DNA of 60,099 bases, the filler included, from Basidiobolus meristosporus CBS 931.73 (lineage: Eukaryota; Fungi; Basidiobolomycota), in the NCBI GenBank assembly GCA_002104905.1. It is 3 parts of 3 records of this genome, joined end to end, with 100 filler letters (N's around TTAATTAATTAA, not from the genome) between each part and the next. Parts side by side here need not be neighbours in the genome. Positions count along the whole stretch, not along the records: positions 1 to 24,930 come from MCFE01000937.1; 2 more parts are not named here. One strand, written 5' to 3'. Positions 11,723 through 24,706 of the stretch are shown one piece after another (position 1 is the stretch's first letter; the number at the start of each line of letters is the position of its first letter). Both the position numbers and the translations under genes were made by a program. The notes under the pieces are model-generated. The model was not told the DNA's origin, ran no database searches, and was given only the letters and a program-made list of their open reading frames with translations.

Positions 11723-14700
11723 CCCTATGAAAAATAACTTGGTCCCACAGGTGGATCCAATCTGGATCAGCTGTCAGGATCCCATTAAGAGACCATCATA
11801 ATACCAGCAACTTGGAACTAGTGACCCTTCTAGTGATCTTATGATGGGATCATGTTGGTGTTTTGCCAATTTTGCAACCAAATAAAGGGATAAAACTTGA
11901 CAATATTTTATTGGTGCTGTGACAATATTTGCTTGGGATTGTTGTGGGCTTATAGTGCTCTATAACTATTTTAAGTGGATCCATTTTGTCAGGACATCCT
12001 GTTGTCTTATATGGCAAGAAACTTGACAGTATTTTGATGGCCTCACTGCAAGGCTCTGATGGCATTACATTGGCAGTATAACAGACTACCACTGGTCCTG
12101 TGTGGGGCTACTGTACCAATTTAGCAAATGGTATTTCCTTTTTCTACCTCCCCTTGTGCAATCCATATATTTCACTGTAGAATCATCCCTCTTTACTTGC
12201 TTACCCACTACTACCTTGGGTATTCCACATACAGTTCAAATTAACATAAGTATGGCCTCCTGCTTACTGACCTATACATACATGCACACCTGCTGCAATT
12301 GAAATATTTCTATTACCTCAACTTTACATCTTTTTAGTGTGATACTTACAAAGTTACCATTTATCTTGTACTGCTGGTAACATATATATCTTGCAAACAT
12401 ATGCATGGTTGTTGCCACTTCTGCCATGAATACCTCCTGAATATCCGCAGAGAACATCTTGGTATTTAGGCAATATGTTCCTTCTCCCTGCTGGATTCTA
12501 GTCCCCTTTATAGCTTCACTCTGGCTTTTGTTGGTGTGAATTATGCATTGAATGGCATAGAAGTTGGCTTGTGACCATGAGAAACCCAGCATACCTTGGT
12601 AGAGTTTCCCTGAAAAAAGTTAGTTGCTTGTTGCACCCAACCTAACTTTCAATTACTTAACTGATTACCCACACATTGGGGCTGCTTAGCTTCTTAATGC
12701 CATAGATATAGGTGTCTCCATATGCACATTTGTCCTCAGTATTTTCCAACTCTTCCTGGCTGTCCTCCATGTGCCAACTCATCACATCCCTGACAGACTT
12801 GAGAGTAATATTCTTCATGAGATTTGGTTATGGTGGGACCTGCAACTTGACTCATCTTCCTATCTCTCCACAAATCTGCTCCATAGGAAACTCCCCAAAG
12901 GTGAAGCAAGGCCCAATATTTGCTACACAATGTGCAAGATGGAGTAGAGAATGGATACAGTAGTGGCAGAGATCTACGCATTCAGCTTTATGTTTGTAGT
13001 ATAGCTGCTTCAATCCCATCACAAACTCCTCACACAGCCGCTGTAGATGCGTCAAGTTCGCATTGATGATCTGCTTCTGGATAACTATTCCTACAATGTC
13101 CACATATTACTCCCAATGCTTCCAATGTACTCTTGGTAGGAATGGCTTCAGAATGCCACTTGAATAAATATCTATCCAGTTCATCCAGTCTTTGCATTTA
13201 AATTGTTGCATATGCTTATGAATATTAATTGGAGCCTGTGAGAAGTACCTAAGGTAGTGGATACTCAGTAATATCTTGCCAATTCTTTCAAGTTTCTCTG
13301 GTATCTTGAAGGGCTCTTTTAGCTTGAAATGCCCCATGTACAACTTGGTCATTAATACAGGGATATTGTTGAAAAGCAAATGCATTTCTCCCAGTGGAAA
13401 GCTTTTGCTCCAGCAGATATCCTCTATCTTAAGCATATCTGGTTTCCAATTGATTGAATATTTGGGCCAATGGCTTATACCTTGCCAGCGTTCCTGCAGT
13501 TGCATGCCAACTTCTGTATGTTCTCTCTGTGTAAAGATGATGTTCTTAGTGCTGGTGTTTGGGTAATAATAATGTGTGTGAGTTAGGCAGTAAATCCCCT
13601 GGATTTCACATATGTGACAGCAATACTGTTTATTGTGCCCAGAAAAACCTGCTATCTTGCTGATGGCTGGGGTATCTCCAATACAGATAATAATATGCAC
13701 TTTTGCATGATGGCCATTTACTGTTATCCCGCTGGAAAGCATACAAAATACATCAAGCAATGAATACAGGTAGCTATGCAGGTTGGATGGTGATTTAGGC
13801 CCAGATACCAGTGAGACTACAATCAGATTTTTGCTCCACTACCATATGATAAGTGGCAGATTCAGGTTGATGAGAATCAGTGGGCAGCAGGATTTGCTGG
13901 TAGAATACTTGTTTAATGAGAATCCATCAGGTGCTAAAGCAAAGACATGGTCATACATACCTTCAATTTAGCCCTTGCTTCATAGCTGTATGTAATGTTT
14001 GCCATTGAATATATTGGATGTGTTTGCACTTGGGTGATACTGGGTGCAGAACTGTATAGCTTTGCAATATTTGTCAGACTGCATCAGCTTCCACAGACAG
14101 GGTATGCCTGGAATATATGTGGAGTGTGAACAATGTTTTCATCCAATGGTGGTGGATTCCTGATAACTTGGACATGTTGCAATGGTAGCATCTTTGGATG
14201 TGAATGCCATGCAACTGTTAGCCCATGCTGGATTCAGGATAGCCTCTGGATCATATGTTGCCAGCCGCATGATGGTTATCCACTTGTACCATGTACACGG
14301 TAAGTTGCATCCCAGTGTGATTTTGGCAAGAAGTAGTAATAAATCCTCCAAGCCCCCATTACTGTAACTAGTGGAAATGCACCACTTCTCTAGCCACAAC
14401 ATTACATCATTCACCAGTAGATGGATTACTGGGCTCACTTGGCTCCAGAAAGTGTAATTAGTAATTGTTTCAACAGGTGTTGTCTCATTGCATAAAGGGA
14501 TTTGACCAGGCTCCTACATGGTACTGTTGCTAGGGGATATAGGCTCAAAATCCAACAGAGAACCTTCTTTGTCAGAGCTATTTCTCTGCGTGCCATATTG
14601 AGAAGGCTGAGGTGAGCCTAAAGGCATCACAAACTCACCTGACTCAGTTTGCGCAAGGTGACAAAGACAGCCGGGTGCCAATATAGAAGGATCAACTGGC

Positions 14701-14950
14701 TGTCAAGATAATGTTGGTACAGTAGTGACCAATGAATGGTCAAATATGACTTGGATGGCAAAACACTGGCCATGATCCTTGTAATACTTCCTATGCTGTC
14801 TACATGCTTCAGGGCTGAGAGGCTTGCCACAATAGCCGCATAGTCTTTTTTCTTTTCTCTTACAGTGTTGAGTCAAAGTAGTCTTGTCCATGGTGCAACC
14901 AGTTTGACCTTCAACAACATAACATTATTATATCACTTTTTGGTCAATAC
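11723..14950 (-). mobile_element. Degenerate EnSpm/CMC-like (Transposase_21-type) DNA transposon, copy 2
   Basis: ORF 13107-13760 has CIGDTPAISKIAGFSGHNKQYCCHICEIQG. ORF 12852-13103 has HSLLHLAHCVANIGP..FGEFPME. N-terminal CGYC motif in 14703-14891. The left end CCCTATGAAAAA matches the MITE TIR. Confidence 0.75.
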
Positions 14951-15495
14951 TCTTGTGAACTTAAGACAGTCTTATATTTGATACATTGCACCTACATAAA
15001 TGTAAGATTCAATGATGACCCACCATAGTAAGCATTGTTAGTAATGTTGTGGCACCACATGCACATGTATATGTGACACTATTTTGCCTTTGGTTTGACT
15101 CACTTCTATATATATGCCACCAAAAAATAAAGCAGAGTTGTTGGGTTCCCAACCAAATCTCACCTCTGACAGCAACACAAGAACAGTTGGGCAACAGCTT
15201 GCATTGATATTCATTGCAACAAGTGGGACTACATCCAAAATGGGCCCTGTGGACAGTGTGCCCATTGAAGGTAATAATGCGGACTCCTCAGGCTCTCAGC
15301 CAAGTAGGCAATTGGGAACCTTGGTGGAGCCACAAGCTGACCAATATGCTCAGGCAGATGAGAATGTAGCAAATGCAGTACCCTCAGTTCAAGACCAGCA
15401 AGTGGCCATGATAACATCACCACCACACATATTAGTGTTGTAAAAATTTGTATTTCCACCTAAATACCCACCTAACTTAGTCACTTAGATCATTA

Positions 15496-16451
15496 CCTGA
15501 TCTGTAAGCCCCCAATTGCTTTATTGATCATCACACAAGCTACCTGATTTGCCATCAAAAAACCCGTTCTGCCCACTGAGCAGGCAATTCCCTGATTTTA
15601 GTGATTAGACTTGTTCTGTTGGATAGTGCCACATTGAGCCATGAGTCCCAAATGATGCCATAGTGTGCCAGAGAGGCCAATTGAGCCTCTACCTGGCCAC
15701 AGGGTGTGAAACATAGCTCTGCATCTTCATGCAAAGCAGCCCCTGTGTTTCACCCATTGTGTTGGAGAAAATCCTTTTTTTGACCTTTTTTTGTGGATCA
15801 ATGTAGCTCAGGATGCGTAAGAGCACAGGAGAACTGAAGACATGCATCTGGTACTCAATACCCATGGCACTCTGAATCTAGCTCCTGTAGCTTGTATCAT
15901 GTCACAAAAATGAATGGCACTATCTTGGTCCACTGGTACTATCTGGCACTATATTTAAATATTAGCCCTAAAGTAAGATCTATACAAAGCACTTATAGTG
16001 CCAGATAGTACCAGTGGACCAAGATAGTGCCATTCATTTTTGTGACATGATACAAGCTACAGGAGCTAGATTCAGAGTGCCATGGGTATTGAGTACCAGA
16101 TGCATGTCTTCAGTTCTCCTGTGCTCTTACGCATCCTGAGCTACATTGATCCACAAAAAAAGGTCAAAAAAAGGATTTTCTCCAACACAATGGGTGAAAC
16201 ACAGGGGCTGCTTTGCATGAAGATGCAGAGCTATGTTTCACACCCTGTGGCCAGGTAGAGGCTCAATTGGCCTCTCTGGCACACTATGGCATCATTTGGG
16301 ACTCATGGCTCAATGTGGCACTATCCAACAGAACAAGTCTAATCACTAAAATCAGGGAATTGCCTGCTCAGTGGGCAGAACGGGTTTTTTGATGGCAAAT
16401 CAGGTAGCTTGTGTGATGATCAATAAAGCAATTGGGGGCTTACAGATCAGG
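15496..16451. repeat. Long inverted repeat: 458-bp arms (15496-15953, 15994-16451) with a 40-bp spacer
   Basis: Arms are reverse complements with no indel; both end pairs give the same coordinate sum, 31947. No mismatch seen by eye. Confidence 0.95.
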
Positions 16452-16900
16452 ATACTTTTAGAACATTCAATCATTGACATTATGTTCAAATGGAGTGGTG
16501 TCTACCAAAATGGTAAGTATTGGTGTAGCTTATAGTGCAATATGCAAATATGTACATTTACACAAAAGAAGCATATCTAAATACTGGAATTTACCAACCC
16601 TGATTGTGATATTGTCTAACTGTGTGACCCATAGTAAGACTACTTTGATTCAATGCTGTAAGAGAAGAGAAAAAGACCATGTGGCTATTGTAACAAGCCA
16701 CTCAGCTGTGAAGCATGCAGAAAGCACAGGAATTATAACTAGGATCTTGGCCAGTGTATTGCCATGCAAGTCATACATGAACATTCATCATCACTAATGT
16801 ACCAGCAATATCTTGCCAGCTGCTTGATACATTTAGGCTCACACATGGATTGTGAGCTTATCTCCCCTAACAATAGTACATGGCATTAGCCTGACAAAAT
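16452..16900 (+). mobile_element. 5' fragment of the EnSpm/CMC-like element
   Basis: Homologous to the reverse complement of about 14500-14940 (aagactactttga...tgtaagaga...gctattgt). Confidence 0.6.
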
Positions 16901-16943
16901 CCCAATATGCAATCAGAAAACACCCATGAAAAAAATGCCAAGT

Positions 16944-17275
16944 TGTTGTAAGAGTCTTGGATATATTGGAAGTGATTGGGAGAACAAGTAGATTTTGTGG
17001 CTTTCACTTGATGATTTATTGAATGTAAAAGTAGTATTTATACTTTTACATGGTCTTGGTATAACAAACACGTAAAATAGGTTTAAGAAGGTCCCAAGAA
17101 CATGTGTGCAAAGTTTGGGGCAGTTTGGACAACTTATCTAATTTTCATGTTCTGGGTAAATATTCTAAGTAAATGTCAACAAGGAATTTGGTCAGTATTC
17201 TCTAGGATTTGAAGGTAAGGATCTAAGTGACTAAATTAGGTGAATATTTAGGTGGAATTACAAATTTTTACAACT
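16944..17275 (-). repeat. Copia LTR (reverse orientation)
   Basis: Reverse complement of the LTR at 50329-50678. Confidence 0.85.
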
Positions 17276-18734
17276 GATTCAAGTGACCAAGGTGAATATT
17301 ACATATTCCAAGTAGCAGTGAAAGATATGGTAATTATAAAGGTAAAAGTAAGGGGAAAAGTTTACCCAAGCCAGAGACAGAAAAGAAATGAGAAAAAAGC
17401 TGCAATTCTCACCAATTAAGGCCATCACCCCAAAACTGACTGAATCTCACAATAGCCAAGACAAGCTACCCACAAGACAACCACAGTCTTCTCAAGAGTT
17501 GGAAATGCAGCCAGTTGAGCTATACTCCAGTGAGGTATATGAGCTTGCAGAGAAAGGCAATTATTCTACTACAGCCTCCACATTGTCCATTATAGACAGA
17601 GAGGAGATCTCACTGACAGACAAAGAAACAGTGTCAAGAACTCAGAAAACCATCACAATGCCTGACATGGAGTTTTAGAACACCAAGAGGTTGCAGCACT
17701 TCTTCAAGAGCAGTGCTCAAGAAAACATACTTCAATATTGCAAGGACCTAGTGCAAAGACTGGTAGATGAGGTGCTCAGCACTGCAGAGTGGCTGAAGAC
17801 CAGGATGTATGGGAATCAATTAATGAACAATGACATAAAGCCAAAGGGGTTCCTGCCAAAGTTATGGAAAAAGGACATCATGGCAGAAGCAATTATTGAA
17901 TGGCAGCTTTTAATGGAGTTATTAGCTGAGTGTGAGGTTGGGCTTGATGATGGTGTTGTACATGGGAGCTTGTAAATGTCTGAGAAATTTGCAGTTGAGT
18001 TACAGCTGAAGTTTCAATGGAAATAAAACAATTTTTATACATGAAAAGTGCACTGGTGGAGTCAGGAAGTAAGGAGTGTGATAAAGTGGCAATAGCCAAT
18101 CAATGTACACAAATATATGAGGTGATTGAGCGCCCAGGATCAGAAAGTGAGAGAATTTGCAGAGAACCAATCAAGAGCCACATATGTGTCAATGTGATGA
18201 AAATTCTTAACTAGGGTTTTGGTGAAATCTGGAGTGCAATTTTTTTAATGGTTTCTGCATGGTATCCTCATAGCATCAATACCTTGTAGTCATGGGACTT
18301 AGATTTGGTGCCAGTGTTTTGACAGGATCATCACAATTATATCTCATATGGTAATAGATGTGATAAGTAAAAGTAGATTATGTGGTTTTCACCCAAAAAT
18401 ATAATGAGTGTGAAAGTTGATTTGTACCTTTACATGGTTATAGCCAGACATATGCTGAGGAAGGTCCCAGGAACTTGTGTGCAAGGTTGAGGGCTCTTTT
18501 GACAATTAAATGAAATCTCATGCTCAGGCTTTTTGATGTTTTTGTGAAAGTGTACTAAGTGAATCCCAACAAGGAATTTGATCAGAATTCCCTAAGATTT
18601 GTAGTCTATAATCTAGGTAACCAAGCTGGGTGAATGTCTAGGTGTAGTTGGAAAATTCACTACAGTTCTTACTCAGTGATTTATTGAATGTTGAAGTAGT
18701 ATATATAACATTATACACTCTTGACAGGACACAT

Positions 18735-18950
18735 CCATAAGAAAAAAATTAAGCAAACAAATTCTTCAGGAGGAAACTAGGCCTTCTAGCATCCATACAA
18801 AATTTGATAATTTGCTGCCCATCACTTCCATCAAAGATTCCATTTGAAATCTTGAACTAAAACACTGGCAGAATACCAGCTAAATACCATTGGAATACCA
18901 GCAGAATACCAGCTAAGAATCAGATGAACTCCATCCTTGAGATTTCTAAT
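18735..18950 (-). mobile_element. Partial degenerate copy of the MITE family
   Basis: Repeated AATACCAGC motifs; reverse-complement similarity to 3413-3732. Confidence 0.55.
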
Positions 18951-18967
18951 AGTACATACATAGAATA

Positions 18968-19299
18968 TGTTGTAAAAATTTGTAATTCCACCTGAACATT
19001 CACCTAACTTAGTCACTTAGATAATTACCCTCAAATCCCAGAGAATACCAACCAAATTCCTTGTTGAGATTTACTTAGATTATTTACCCAGAACATGAAA
19101 ATTCTCAAAGTTGTCCAAACAGCCCCAAACTTTGCCCACATGCTCTTGGGACCTTCCTTAACCTATTCTACATGTTTATAATGCCAAGATCATGTAAAAG
19201 TAGTATTTATACTTTTACATTCAATAAATCATTAAGTGAAAACCACATAATCTACTTGTCCTCCCAGTCACTTCCAATATCTCCAAGACTCTTACAACA
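18968..19299 (+). repeat. Solo copia LTR with 5-bp TSD GAATA
   Basis: TGTTGTAAAA...TTACAACA flanked by GAATA on both sides. Inserted into an older reverse-oriented LTR. Confidence 0.9.
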
Positions 19300-20379
19300 G
19301 AATATGCTTAGGAAGATCCCAAGAGCATGTGTGCAAAGCTTGGGGCTGCTTGGACAACTTATCAAAATTTCATGCTCTGTGTATCTGATATCTTGGTTAA
19401 AGTGCTCTAAGTAGATCCCAACTAGGAATCTGGTCAGAATTCTCTAGAATTTTAGGTAATGGTCTGAGCAGCCAAGTTAGGTGGTATTTGTGTGTAATTA
19501 CACAGTTCTCAATAGAAGATACTAGTGGAAAACCAGCAGAACATTGTAGGAATATCAGCAAAACACCATTGGATTTGAAGCCTGATGCTCTTCATAGATA
19601 TGGTTTGCTTTTGTAGAATGGTCTAAAGCAAAAGGACTGTAACACATTTTCAAAGGTTGCAACTCTGAGTTATAAGAGAATTGGAGATGCATAGTGATAT
19701 AAAAGAGATTGTGCCTGCTGTAGATATTTAGTTTGCGTGTAAAGAGTTCACATATTGCAAGATTCTACTTAGCTTATTACTAAGTTATGAGTAATTTGCT
19801 TAAGACTTAGTTGGTTAGATTTTAGCTATTTCTTAGAATGGGTGAAGGCCTGGAAGTTATTGATATTATAAGCTCACCTAAAAGCTCCAAACATTGCAAA
19901 CAGCTTCCTGGGAGCTTCCTTAAGGCATTCTTATCATTGGCTTTACAAAGCACTTCTAATAGTATGTATAATATATTTGAACTCAATAATGCACCAAGTA
20001 AATATTATGGAATTCTTCTGGTTCTCCAAATCACTTCCAATACTCCCTAGAGTCTTGCAACAGTACCAAAACATAGGCAAGCATTTCTAATTTGTATTTT
20101 GTGGAGTATCCACCTCACTCCAGCTCCATATCTTTGGCATAGCTTGGTAAAATACAATGCACTTTCAGCCTCTGATGATATTCAGGTACAACATAGGCAA
20201 CACTCTGTGTAACTCCAAAGGTTCAGAGTACAGCTTGGATTTTTGCGCAGTAGATATGTGTAAATAGGAGAAGAATATAGGCGATTGGCGAGTCACATAT
20301 AAGCAATTTATTTATGGGAAACAGAATAGGAAAAGAATATAGGTGATTTGTAATTTACAGACAATTAAAAGTGACTGCA

Positions 20380-22365
20380 TTATAGCTCGTCGTGTTCTGG
20401 GCGAGGGCCATCCTCGTTGGAATAGAGTTTGCTGGTGATTGGATTGACCACGGCCTCGATCTCGGCCTTCTGCTCCTCGATATCTTCCTTGGAAGCGCTG
20501 GCAGTATGGTCATTCAACCAATCGCTCTTGGCCTTGATGGCATCCAAGATCACCTGCTTATCGCCCTTATCGATTCTGCCGCCCAGCTGAGAGTTGTCAG
20601 TGACCTGGGCCTTCAGTTGGTGAAGGAAGTTCTCGAAACCGTTGCGAGACTCGATTCTTTCGCGGTTATGCTTGTCCTCATCGGCGTATTGCTCGGCTTC
20701 CTCGACCATACGGTCGATCTCCTCTTGGCTGAGACGGCTCTTGTCTTTGTTGATGGTGATGGATTCGGATTTACCGGTGCCCTTGTCGGAAGCGGATACC
20801 TTGAGGATTCCGTTCACGTCGATCTCGAAGGTGACCTCGATCTGAGGAACACCGCGAGGGGAAGGAGGGATGCCAGTGAGCTCGAATTTTCCAAGGAGAT
20901 TGTTGTCCTTGGTGAGGGAGCGTTCGCCCTCGAACACTTGAATCAAAACCACGGGTTGGTTGTCGACGGCGGTGGAGAAGATTTGGGACTTCTTGGTAGG
21001 AATAGGAGTGTTGCGGGAGATCAACTTGGCCATCACTCCGCCAGTAGTCTCAATGCCCAAAGTCAAAGGATTGACATCAAGAATGGCCAGTTTGTCGAAG
21101 CGCTCCTCTCCAGAGAGGACACCACCTTGAACAGCTGCTCCGTAGGCAACGGCTTCGTCAGGATTGATCCCCTTGGAGGCCTTCTTGCCGTCGAAGTATT
21201 CCTCCAAGAGTTGAACAACCTTGGGGATACGGGTGGAGCCACCAACCAAAACGATATCGTGAATGTCCGCCTTGGCGAGATTGGCATCCTTGAGAACCTG
21301 TTCGACTGGCTTGACGGTCTTCTTGAACAAGTCGGTGTTCAATTCCTCGAACTTGGCTCTGGTCAGAGTCTCGGAGAAATCCTCTCCGTCGAAGAAGGAT
21401 TCGATTTCGACACGGGCAGACATCTGAGAGGACAAGGTTCTCTTGGCCTTCTCGGCTTCGCGCTTCAACTTGCCCATAGCCTTCAGGTCCTTGGTGACGT
21501 CGGACTTGTTCTTCTTGCGCCACAACTTGACGAAGTAGTCGATGACACGGTTGTCGAAGTCCTCACCACCAAGATGGGTGTCGCCAGAGGTGGCTAGGAC
21601 CTCGAACACGCCATCTTCAATGGAGAGAAGGGACACATCAAAGGTACCACCCCCAAGATCGAACACCAAGATGTGGCGCTCCTCCTCGGATTTGTCAAGT
21701 CCGTAAGCAATGGCAGCGGCAGTGGGCTCGGAGATGATACGAAGAACATTCAGTCCGGCAATGGTACCAGCGTCCTTTGTCGCTTGACGTTGGGCATCGT
21801 TGAAGTAGGCGGGGACAGTGATGACGGCATGGGTGACCTTCTGGCCCAAGTAGGTCTCGGCGATATCCTTCATCTTGGAAAGAACCATACTGGAGATCTC
21901 CTCGGGAGTAAAGATCTTGTCCTCACCCTTGACTTCAACCTGGATGACTGGTTGGCCCTCCTTGTCGATCACCTTGAACGGGAAGTGCTTCATGTCAGTT
22001 TGGACATCCTTGTCGTTGAATCGGCGACCAATGAGGCGCTTGGCATCGAACACGGTGTTGGTTGGGTTAAGGGGGGCTTGATTTTTGGCGGCATCTCCGA
22101 TGAGACGCTCATCGTCGGTAAAGGCAACATAGGATGGAGTAATACGGTGGCCTTGGTCGTTGGCGATGATTTCCACTTGGCCATTCTTGAACACGCCAAC
22201 GCAGGAGTAGGTGGTACCTAGATCGATACCGATGACTGTGCCATAAGCTGCTTTGGATGGGTCCTTTACGGCCACAGAAGGGCTCAAAGAAACCAGCAGT
22301 AACGCTAAGATAGCGAAGATCGCTACTGTGAAACGCCTTAACATAATGAGTGTCAAGGAGCGCAT
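20380..22365 (-). CDS. KAR2: ER Hsp70 chaperone BiP/GRP78, 661 aa, intronless
   Basis: Signal peptide, [32 protein letters not shown] and [10 protein letters not shown] motifs, C-terminal HDEL. Confidence 0.98.
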   Translation of the reverse strand: MRSLTLIMLRRFTVAIFAILALLLVSLSPSVAVKDPSKAAYGTVIGIDLGTTYSCVGVFKNGQVEIIANDQGHRITPSYVAFTDDERLIGDAAKNQAPLNPTNTVFDAKRLIGRRFNDKDVQTDMKHFPFKVIDKEGQPVIQVEVKGEDKIFTPEEISSMVLSKMKDIAETYLGQKVTHAVITVPAYFNDAQRQATKDAGTIAGLNVLRIISEPTAAAIAYGLDKSEEERHILVFDLGGGTFDVSLLSIEDGVFEVLATSGDTHLGGEDFDNRVIDYFVKLWRKKNKSDVTKDLKAMGKLKREAEKAKRTLSSQMSARVEIESFFDGEDFSETLTRAKFEELNTDLFKKTVKPVEQVLKDANLAKADIHDIVLVGGSTRIPKVVQLLEEYFDGKKASKGINPDEAVAYGAAVQGGVLSGEERFDKLAILDVNPLTLGIETTGGVMAKLISRNTPIPTKKSQIFSTAVDNQPVVLIQVFEGERSLTKDNNLLGKFELTGIPPSPRGVPQIEVTFEIDVNGILKVSASDKGTGKSESITINKDKSRLSQEEIDRMVEEAEQYADEDKHNRERIESRNGFENFLHQLKAQVTDNSQLGGRIDKGDKQVILDAIKAKSDWLNDHTASASKEDIEEQKAEIEAVVNPITSKLYSNEDGPRPEHDEL

Positions 22366-23088
22366 GAATAAAGGAAGGAACTTGAGAACACTAGTTGGTC
22401 AACAACGCCAGCAGGGAATCTAAGGGAGAGGGAAGTGCTGTGGAGGTACGTTTGGCTGTTGTGAGTATAAATAGTACCGAGTCAATGCTGTCAAACAGTC
22501 CACATCCCAATGATCGCACCAGGCAGTGTACGTCCTGGAGCAGAATGAGGGTGTTGTCGAGCTGTGATTGGGTTGAACAGTGACAACGGATTTTGGAATT
22601 AAGCATCAATCTACTCATGTGAACATATCGAGCATTCGTAATCTACAGCCTACGACCATTATGTCCATCTCAGGGGAAGCGGTCATAATGCCGAGTTGAT
22701 TATACACCAATCCGAACCACCCAGCATTCTTAGGAGTCACACTGGCCTTAATGCTGAGCGATTGGCTCCATCCTTTGGAACACGCTTTGCCTAAACATGA
22801 ATGATTAACATGTGATTAAACTAACCAAGAGTCGTGGTTTGGTTAGGTTGGATCAGCAAAATGATCAGCATTTGTCAGCCACTGCGTACAGCAGCTTCGG
22901 CCGTTCCGCAATCCCTTCTTTTTTTTTCTTTTGACGAGCTGACAAATCTTTTTTTCTTAAGTTCTTGATTAGTAGTCGAAGAAAAGGCCAGGGGAATCCG
23001 AATCATAGGGTAGTCGACGTTTCTTGCCTTCGCAAGAGTGGTTTCTATTTGTTTTTTTGTATACTTAGTCCTTGACCCCTAAGCTAGC

Positions 23089-24264
23089 ATGTCTGACAAC
23101 CCCTCCGAAAACGCACAAACCCCTTTGTTCACCTGCCTCGCGTGCCATGTGGCCTTTCGTACACTTGAGCACCAACGCAACCATTATCGTACGGACTGGC
23201 ATCGGTACAACCTGAAGAGAAAGGTGGCCGAGCTTCCACCAATCACCGCCGAGGTTTTCGCTGAGAAGGTGTTGGCCCAGCAAGCGCAAACCGCACAGGA
23301 AGGGGCCGCTTTCAAGGGAGAATGTGTCGCTTGTAAAAAGACCTTCGCTTCCGAAAACGCATACACCAATCACATCCAATCCAAGAAGCACAAGGAAACC
23401 GAGGCCAAGTTCGCCAAGAACCCAGCCAAGCCCAAGAAGGTCGATTCCGAGACCCCAGTCGAGAAGGAGCTCACCATCGAGCAACAATTGGACCGGGTCA
23501 CCGACGAGACCGAGTTGCTTCAGCTCCTGGACAAAAAGAAGGAGCAGGCCGTTCGTCTTACTCCTGAGGACTGCCTCTTCTGCACTCAAAAGAGTCAGAG
23601 TTTCGAGGATAACGTGGATCACATGACCAAGGCTCACAGTTTCTTCATTCCTGATATTGAGTATCTTACCGATATCCAAGGCCTCTTCAAATACCTTGGG
23701 GAGAAGATTTCAGTAGCCAACATTTGCTTATACTGTAACGGAAAGGGCCGCACCTACCGTACTTTGGAGGCAGTTCGTGGGCATATGGTTGACAAGGGTC
23801 ACTGTAAGGTTGCTTACGAGAAGGAAGAGGATATTTTAGAAATCTCCGACTACTATGACTTCACTTCTAGTTATCCCGAGGAGATGCGGGTGGATGATGA
23901 GAACGAAGAGTTGGCGGACGATGACATGGTTAACCCAATTGCTTATGGTGAAGAGGAGACCGAATTGGTCTTGCCCTCTGGTGCTAGGGTGGGTCATCGT
24001 TCCCTTAAGAGATATTACCAACAAAACATCCGACCAGAGGAGGAAAGAGACTCTGTTATTATCAACCGTCTCCTCACTCACTACCAGAGCAATATGGGAT
24101 ATCGTGGCTCTCAAAGCCAGGCACTCATGCTTGCCACCAACAAGCAGCGTGTTGCTCGTGATATGAACACATACCAAGACCAGCGTAGAAGACATGAATT
24201 CAAGTCTGAGATCGGTGTGAAGGCCAACGGGTTACAAAAGCACTTCCGTGCCCAAATCTTGTAA
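23089..24264 (+). CDS. REI1: Cytoplasmic pre-60S maturation C2H2 zinc-finger protein (Rei1/Reh1/ZNF622 family), 391 aa, intronless
   Basis: CLACHVAF...HYRTDWHRYNLKRKVAELPP, second finger CVACKKTF..ENAYTNHIQSKKH, CLFC...HMTKAHSFFIPDIEYL, CLYC...HMVDKGHC, LVLPSGARVGHRSLKRYY. Confidence 0.93.
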   Translation: MSDNPSENAQTPLFTCLACHVAFRTLEHQRNHYRTDWHRYNLKRKVAELPPITAEVFAEKVLAQQAQTAQEGAAFKGECVACKKTFASENAYTNHIQSKKHKETEAKFAKNPAKPKKVDSETPVEKELTIEQQLDRVTDETELLQLLDKKKEQAVRLTPEDCLFCTQKSQSFEDNVDHMTKAHSFFIPDIEYLTDIQGLFKYLGEKISVANICLYCNGKGRTYRTLEAVRGHMVDKGHCKVAYEKEEDILEISDYYDFTSSYPEEMRVDDENEELADDDMVNPIAYGEEETELVLPSGARVGHRSLKRYYQQNIRPEEERDSVIINRLLTHYQSNMGYRGSQSQALMLATNKQRVARDMNTYQDQRRRHEFKSEIGVKANGLQKHFRAQIL

Positions 24265-24706
24265 GTTAACCAGCATGTATTTGAACCTATCTTTCATACT
24301 CCTCCGTCGCATAGCCACTTTCCTGTGCCCTACTTTAGACTTAATTTCATGTAATCCCTTACATTGCCCCTCCCCTCAGTGAGTTGATTCGTCGTCGTTA
24401 CTCACAATTGTCGATCACCTCTACATGAACTGGAAGAAATTTCTTGTAATTAAAGAACGTCGGATAACAACGCGCATGACGATCTGGGCCGATGTGATTG
24501 TAATCATGATTGCTGACATTTATTCGTATTGTAAATGGAAACGGGTTGATGCTTTTGGTACAACATAAACATAAACGATGTGTGGGACGCTGAATTTGGG
24601 ATATCACTGGTGCGGGATGCAGGCTTTCTGTGGACGACCCAATGGGTGGGCCAGTGATGGTGAAGATCTCTAGGAGTAGTGTGGGATAAAGGTGGGGTTG
24701 CTTCGA

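Noticed and set aside
15947-16000. CACTA...TAGTG at the palindrome centre as a mini-CACTA element
   Set aside because: The symmetry is automatic in a palindrome, and there is no TSD or independent copy.
20392-22221. Long plus-strand ORFs (401 and 182 aa) antisense to KAR2
   Set aside because: Long antisense frames opposite Hsp70 genes are a known by-product of codon bias; there is no independent motif or promoter evidence.
22366-23088. UPR or heat-shock elements in the KAR2 promoter
   Set aside because: No convincing consensus match by eye; only a TATA-like TATTTATA about 100 nt upstream.
23065-24195. Antisense and alternative-frame ORFs over REI1
   Set aside because: Shadow ORFs of a GC3-rich gene.
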